DNA of 56,172 nt from Gomphosphaeria aponina SAG 52.96 = DSM 107014 (GTDB lineage: Bacteria; Cyanobacteriota; Cyanobacteriia; Cyanobacteriales; Gomphosphaeriaceae). The position numbers were made by a program, and so were the translations under genes. Where the stretch lies: contig JADQBC010000003.1 of assembly GCA_016903655.1 (NCBI GenBank), positions 1-56,172 of the forward strand, read 5' to 3'. Of this stretch, positions 54,316 through 56,172 are shown piece after piece; the first letter of the stretch is position 1, and each line of letters starts with the position of its first letter. A model generated the notes under the pieces. The model ran no database searches. It saw only the letters and a program-made list of their open reading frames with translations, and was not told where the DNA came from.

Positions 54316-54387
54316 TAGACATCTCCAGAAACCCCGATTTTTTCCACGGTAGCATAAGGATTCTAGCATAATTATCGGAGATGTCTA
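54316..54387. mobile_element. 72-bp mini element with 11-bp terminal IRs
   Basis: TAGACATCTCC ... GGAGATGTCTA. Confidence 0.6.
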
Positions 54388-54497
54388 TTGAGAAATTGCT
54401 AAACAAAACAGTTGTAACAATGAGGATTTTAAGAAAACATTTTCTAATTGACAATTTATAATAGAGCTATATTTTGAAAAAACGGGAGGCATAAGCT

Positions 54498-54959
54498 ATG
54501 GTAACGCAATTAAAACAAACAAACAAAAATTTATACGATACCGACTATAATCTCTGGGTAATTGAAACGGTGAAACAGTTAGAAAATCAAGATTTTAACT
54601 CTCTAGATTTAGAGAATTTAATCGAGGAGGTATCAGATTTGAGTCGTAGGGAAAAAAGAAGATTAGAAAGTTTGTTAACCCAACTATTTGAACACCTACT
54701 TAAATTAAAGTATTGGGAATCAGAAAAAGATTATAATCGTAATCACTGGAAAAGAGAGATCCAGAATTTTCGCTTACAAATTAATAAAGATTTAAAAGCC
54801 AGTCCGAGTTTAAAAAATCACATGCGGAATATTTTAAATGAATGCTATCGAGATGGCAAAAAACTAGCTGCTCTCGCATCCTCAATTCCACTCCATACCT
54901 TCCCAGAAAACCCAATTGCTACCATTGAACAAGTTTTAGATGAAAATTGGCTACCTTAA
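54498..54959 (+). CDS. DUF29 family protein, copy 1
   Basis: LYDTDYNLW, LDLENLIEEV, HLLKLKYW, W..EI..FR, SPSLK and FPENP motifs. Confidence 0.92.
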   Translation: MVTQLKQTNKNLYDTDYNLWVIETVKQLENQDFNSLDLENLIEEVSDLSRREKRRLESLLTQLFEHLLKLKYWESEKDYNRNHWKREIQNFRLQINKDLKASPSLKNHMRNILNECYRDGKKLAALASSIPLHTFPENPIATIEQVLDENWLP

Positions 54960-54997
54960 GCCATTGTTATAAATTAAAATAGAGAGAGGTATAAGTG

Positions 54998-55459
54998 ATG
55001 GTAACGCAATTAAAACAAACAAACAAAAATTTATACGATACCGACTATAATCTCTGGGTAATTGAAACGGTGAAACAGTTAGAAAACAGAGATTTTAACT
55101 CTCTTGACTTAGAGAATTTAATCGAGGAGGTATTAGATTTGAGTCGGAGAGATAAAAAGAAACTAAAAAATTTACTGAAAAGGTTATTTGAACATTTGCT
55201 GAAACTAAAATATTGGGAATCTGAGAGTGAAAGAAATCGAGGTCATTGGCGAGGAGAAATAGCCAATTTTCGCCAACAAATTCGAGACGAATTAGAAGAT
55301 AGTCCTAGTTTAAAACCTTATCTACAAGCAATATTCAATTCATGCTATAAAGATGGACGGGAAATAGCATCTCAAAGATCAGGATTATCTCTCAATACTT
55401 TCCCTGAAAACCCGATCGCTACCATTGAACAAGTTTTAGATGAAAATTGGCTACCTTAA
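54998..55459 (+). CDS. DUF29 family protein, copy 2
   Basis: Same motifs as copy 1. Confidence 0.92.
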   Translation: MVTQLKQTNKNLYDTDYNLWVIETVKQLENRDFNSLDLENLIEEVLDLSRRDKKKLKNLLKRLFEHLLKLKYWESESERNRGHWRGEIANFRQQIRDELEDSPSLKPYLQAIFNSCYKDGREIASQRSGLSLNTFPENPIATIEQVLDENWLP

Positions 55460-55497
55460 GCCATTGTTATAAATTAAAATAGAGAGAGGTATAAGTG

Positions 55498-55959
55498 ATG
55501 GTAACAGAATTAAAACAACAAGAAAAAAGTCTTTATGATACCGACTATAATCTCTGGGTAATTGAAACGGTGAAACAGTTAGAAAACAGAGATTTTAACT
55601 CTCTTGACTTAGAGAATTTAATCGAAGAGGTATTAGATTTGAGTAAAAGAGATAAAAGAAGATTAGAAAATTTGTTAACTAGATTATTTGAACATTTGCT
55701 AAAATTGAGATATTGGGATTCAGAAAAGGAAAGAAATAAAGGTCATTGGCAAGGGGAAATCCGCAATTTTCGCAAACAAATTAAAAGACAGTTAGAAGAT
55801 AGTCCTAGTCTGAAAGCTTATCTCAAAGAAATATTGGAGGAATGTTATCGGAATAGCAGAGAAATTATGAGCGATAGATCCCAACTTCCTCTTGATACTT
55901 TCCCCGCAACACCAATTGCTAATTTTGAGGAAGTCTTAGATGAAGATTGGTTGCCTTAA
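55498..55959 (+). CDS. DUF29 family protein, copy 3
   Basis: Same motifs as copy 1. Confidence 0.92.
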   Translation: MVTELKQQEKSLYDTDYNLWVIETVKQLENRDFNSLDLENLIEEVLDLSKRDKRRLENLLTRLFEHLLKLRYWDSEKERNKGHWQGEIRNFRKQIKRQLEDSPSLKAYLKEILEECYRNSREIMSDRSQLPLDTFPATPIANFEEVLDEDWLP

Positions 55960-56012
55960 GTGATTGTTACAAATTAGAATAGAGCTATAATTTCCAAAAA
56001 CGAGAGGTATAA

Positions 56013-56172
56013 ATGATAATAATACAAGTACAACAACAAGAAACAAGTCTCTATGATACCGACTATAATCTCTGGGTAATTGAAACTGTGAAACAGTTAG
56101 AAAACAAAGATTTTAACTCTCTTGACTTAGAGAATTTAATCGAGGAGGTATCAGATTTGAGTCGTAGGGAAA
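56013..56172 (+). CDS. DUF29 family protein, copy 4 (cut by the window end; absent from the ORF track)
   Basis: MIIIQVQQQETSLYDTDYNLWVIETVKQLENKDFNSLDLENLIEEVSDLSRRE... Confidence 0.9.
   Translation, partial: MIIIQVQQQETSLYDTDYNLWVIETVKQLENKDFNSLDLENLIEEVSDLSRRE

Noticed and set aside
54206..54352. Hydrophobic peptide frame (NWAAWLLVVAIFLVLFGRK) as a type I toxin
   Set aside because: No in-frame ATG (only an internal TTG within the hydrophobic stretch), no RBS, and the 3' part lies in the mini-element

Overview
AT-rich cyanobacterial chromosome segment. The origin is supported by roughly 30 HIP1 GCGATCGC octamers (counted by eye), heptamer STRR tracts, psaK/psaM, ado/aar, flv1/flv3 and bvdR. 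Most of the window is housekeeping: flv3/flv1, tlyA, psaK, trpF, the ado-aar-accA-SDR-folE cluster, pheT, spkB, miaB, ddl, ndk, psaM, a sulfate ABC operon, prx-dps, rsmI, amt with an NtcA-type promoter, a phototaxis-type cluster (two GAF-MCPs, CheA, CheW), gloA, ccaA and bvdR. The unusual content is intergenic. (1) Two related OMEGA/HEARO (IscB omegaRNA) remnants occur; one is fused to an IscB C-terminal fragment and bounded by perfect 19-bp terminal inverted repeats, which IS200/IS605 elements are not expected to have. (2) Several families of small palindromic dispersed elements occur, including one nested inside the second omegaRNA and one pair whose asymmetric ends are swapped relative to the interior. 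(3) A 500-bp-period tandem array of at least four DUF29 genes has homogenised ends and variable cores, and runs off the window end. (4) The sbpA promoter is duplicated, and there are Uma2 and IS5-family pseudogenes. No CRISPR array, tRNA or rRNA was seen. Family calls rest on motifs recognised by eye, not on database searches.
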